Assembly (NCBI GenBank): GCA_964016885.1
Contig: OZ024742.1
Coordinates: 113,460,001 to 113,524,000, forward strand
DNA length: 64,000 nt
Direction of reading: 5' to 3'
Origin: Eledone cirrhosa
Lineage: Eukaryota
In this document: piece after piece, positions 62,760-64,000 of the stretch
Layout: each line of letters begins with the position of its first letter
How positions within the stretch are numbered: position 1 is the stretch's first letter
The notes under the pieces: model-generated
The model's input: only the letters and a program-made list of their open reading frames with translations
Databases searched by the model: none
What the model was told of the DNA's origin: nothing
Program-made: the position numbers and the translations under genes

Positions 62760-64000
62760 GATCCGAAATTGTATGGGACTTCATTCGGTGGATTATGCAC
62801 TCAGTTAATGTATGAACAATCTGTACAAGTCAATCAATATCTTCATAGGATTTCCCATACATTTTTAGGTCATCCAGGTGGTTTTATTTTTAAACAGCGG
62901 GAGGTTTTATTGTTAAAACTCACGTCCTCCCCACTCATAACCAGTTTTTGACCTTCTCAACATCAATGAAAATAGAACCATACACAGTACAAGTAGCCAA
63001 GGTGAACTATTGTCTCCCTGAAATATTCCTCTCTGATATTCACATCTCCCAATGTTTGTCTACGTGATGTCAGTTTAGTCTTCCAACCACACATACTGCT
63101 CACCAGAAACTGTCTAGCGTTAGCTGCAATATCAAACATTTTCAAACATTCTACTATCCAGTCATGTGGCTTCATGTTGTAAGCCTTGCGGTAATCGATC
63201 CAGGCCATGGCAAGATTTGTGTTTCACTTTACAATCATTAATGATCGCTTTATCAATCAACAAATGATCCATTGTCTCCCTATTTCTTTTGCCAACATAT
63301 CTTCTCCATTCAAAATCTTATGCAGTTGCTCATAAATTCACCCATGAAGGTCCCTAGGCTCCTCACCAAGTTGGCACACCGCCTACGCTGGGAGGTTTGC
63401 AGTTTGGCAAATTTCTACACTGGATAGTTAATATATCAGCCGTTAACTCCAATGTTTCCTTATCATTATCCCGAAAGTCATTTGTTATGCTAGTCAACCG
63501 CTCTTCACTTCTATTAAGCTCATTTCCTACACTCCAGATATCATTCCAAAACTTCTTACTTTCATTCACATCAGGAATTACATCATCATTCCTAAAAATG
63601 CCATTTACCTCCTGATAGAATCGCATGTGATTTTGTTGGAAACGTAAAAACTGTTTATGCTGCGTGATCCATTCATACCTCTTAATCTTTGCAGCTTTGG
63701 CAACTATCTTTTTGTTTCAGCCCCTCTATTACCGTGGTATTCTTCTTTCTCCCAGAATTCCCTGTACCTTTTTCAACTTTCACTTTTTGCCTTAAATTTA
63801 CCTATTTTGTTCCCTTTTCAGAATATTAATAACTTCCTGAGCATTTTGATGTGCTCTTCAATTCTCATTCTCCAACATGGTTCATTGATCTGCTTTAGTG
63901 TTATATCTAACTATTTAGCAATGTAGATATTTCCAGTGCTGAGTAAATTGCTGGCACTATGTCAACTATATTGTTTACTTTGTTAGGTATTTCTTTACCT
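62760..64000 (-). mobile_element. Second, more decayed R4/Dong-like element fragment
   Basis: MAWIDYRKAYNMKPHDWIVECLKMF, RFYQEVNG...ESKKFWNDIWS. Confidence 0.85.

Overview
AT-rich, microsatellite-dense, repeat-dominated animal DNA. The SINE family suggests an octopod cephalopod (inference). No host gene is clearly identifiable; one 23-nt microexon candidate is noted. The window holds four Penelope-like retroelement (PLE) loci, including a near-perfect 5.7-kb palindrome with 2.5-kb arms around an 835-aa RT + GIY-YIG frame. It also holds a decayed RTE LINE plus fragments, three R4/Dong-like non-LTR elements, decayed Tc1/mariner remnants, a back-to-back Helitron-like pair and more than a dozen tRNA-derived SINEs. 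The main hidden signal is a set of Type I hammerhead ribozymes (HHRs) read by eye: about ten with intact cores and many degenerate ones. They occur in PLE 3' ends and in several unrelated non-coding, (TA)n-embedded elements arranged as inverted pairs or tandem arrays (retrozyme-like). Variants include a compensated U3-A8 core, a recurrent U.U pair at the base of stem II, greatly extended stem II, and palindromic stem III loops. All structures and identities were judged manually; none has been computed or tested.
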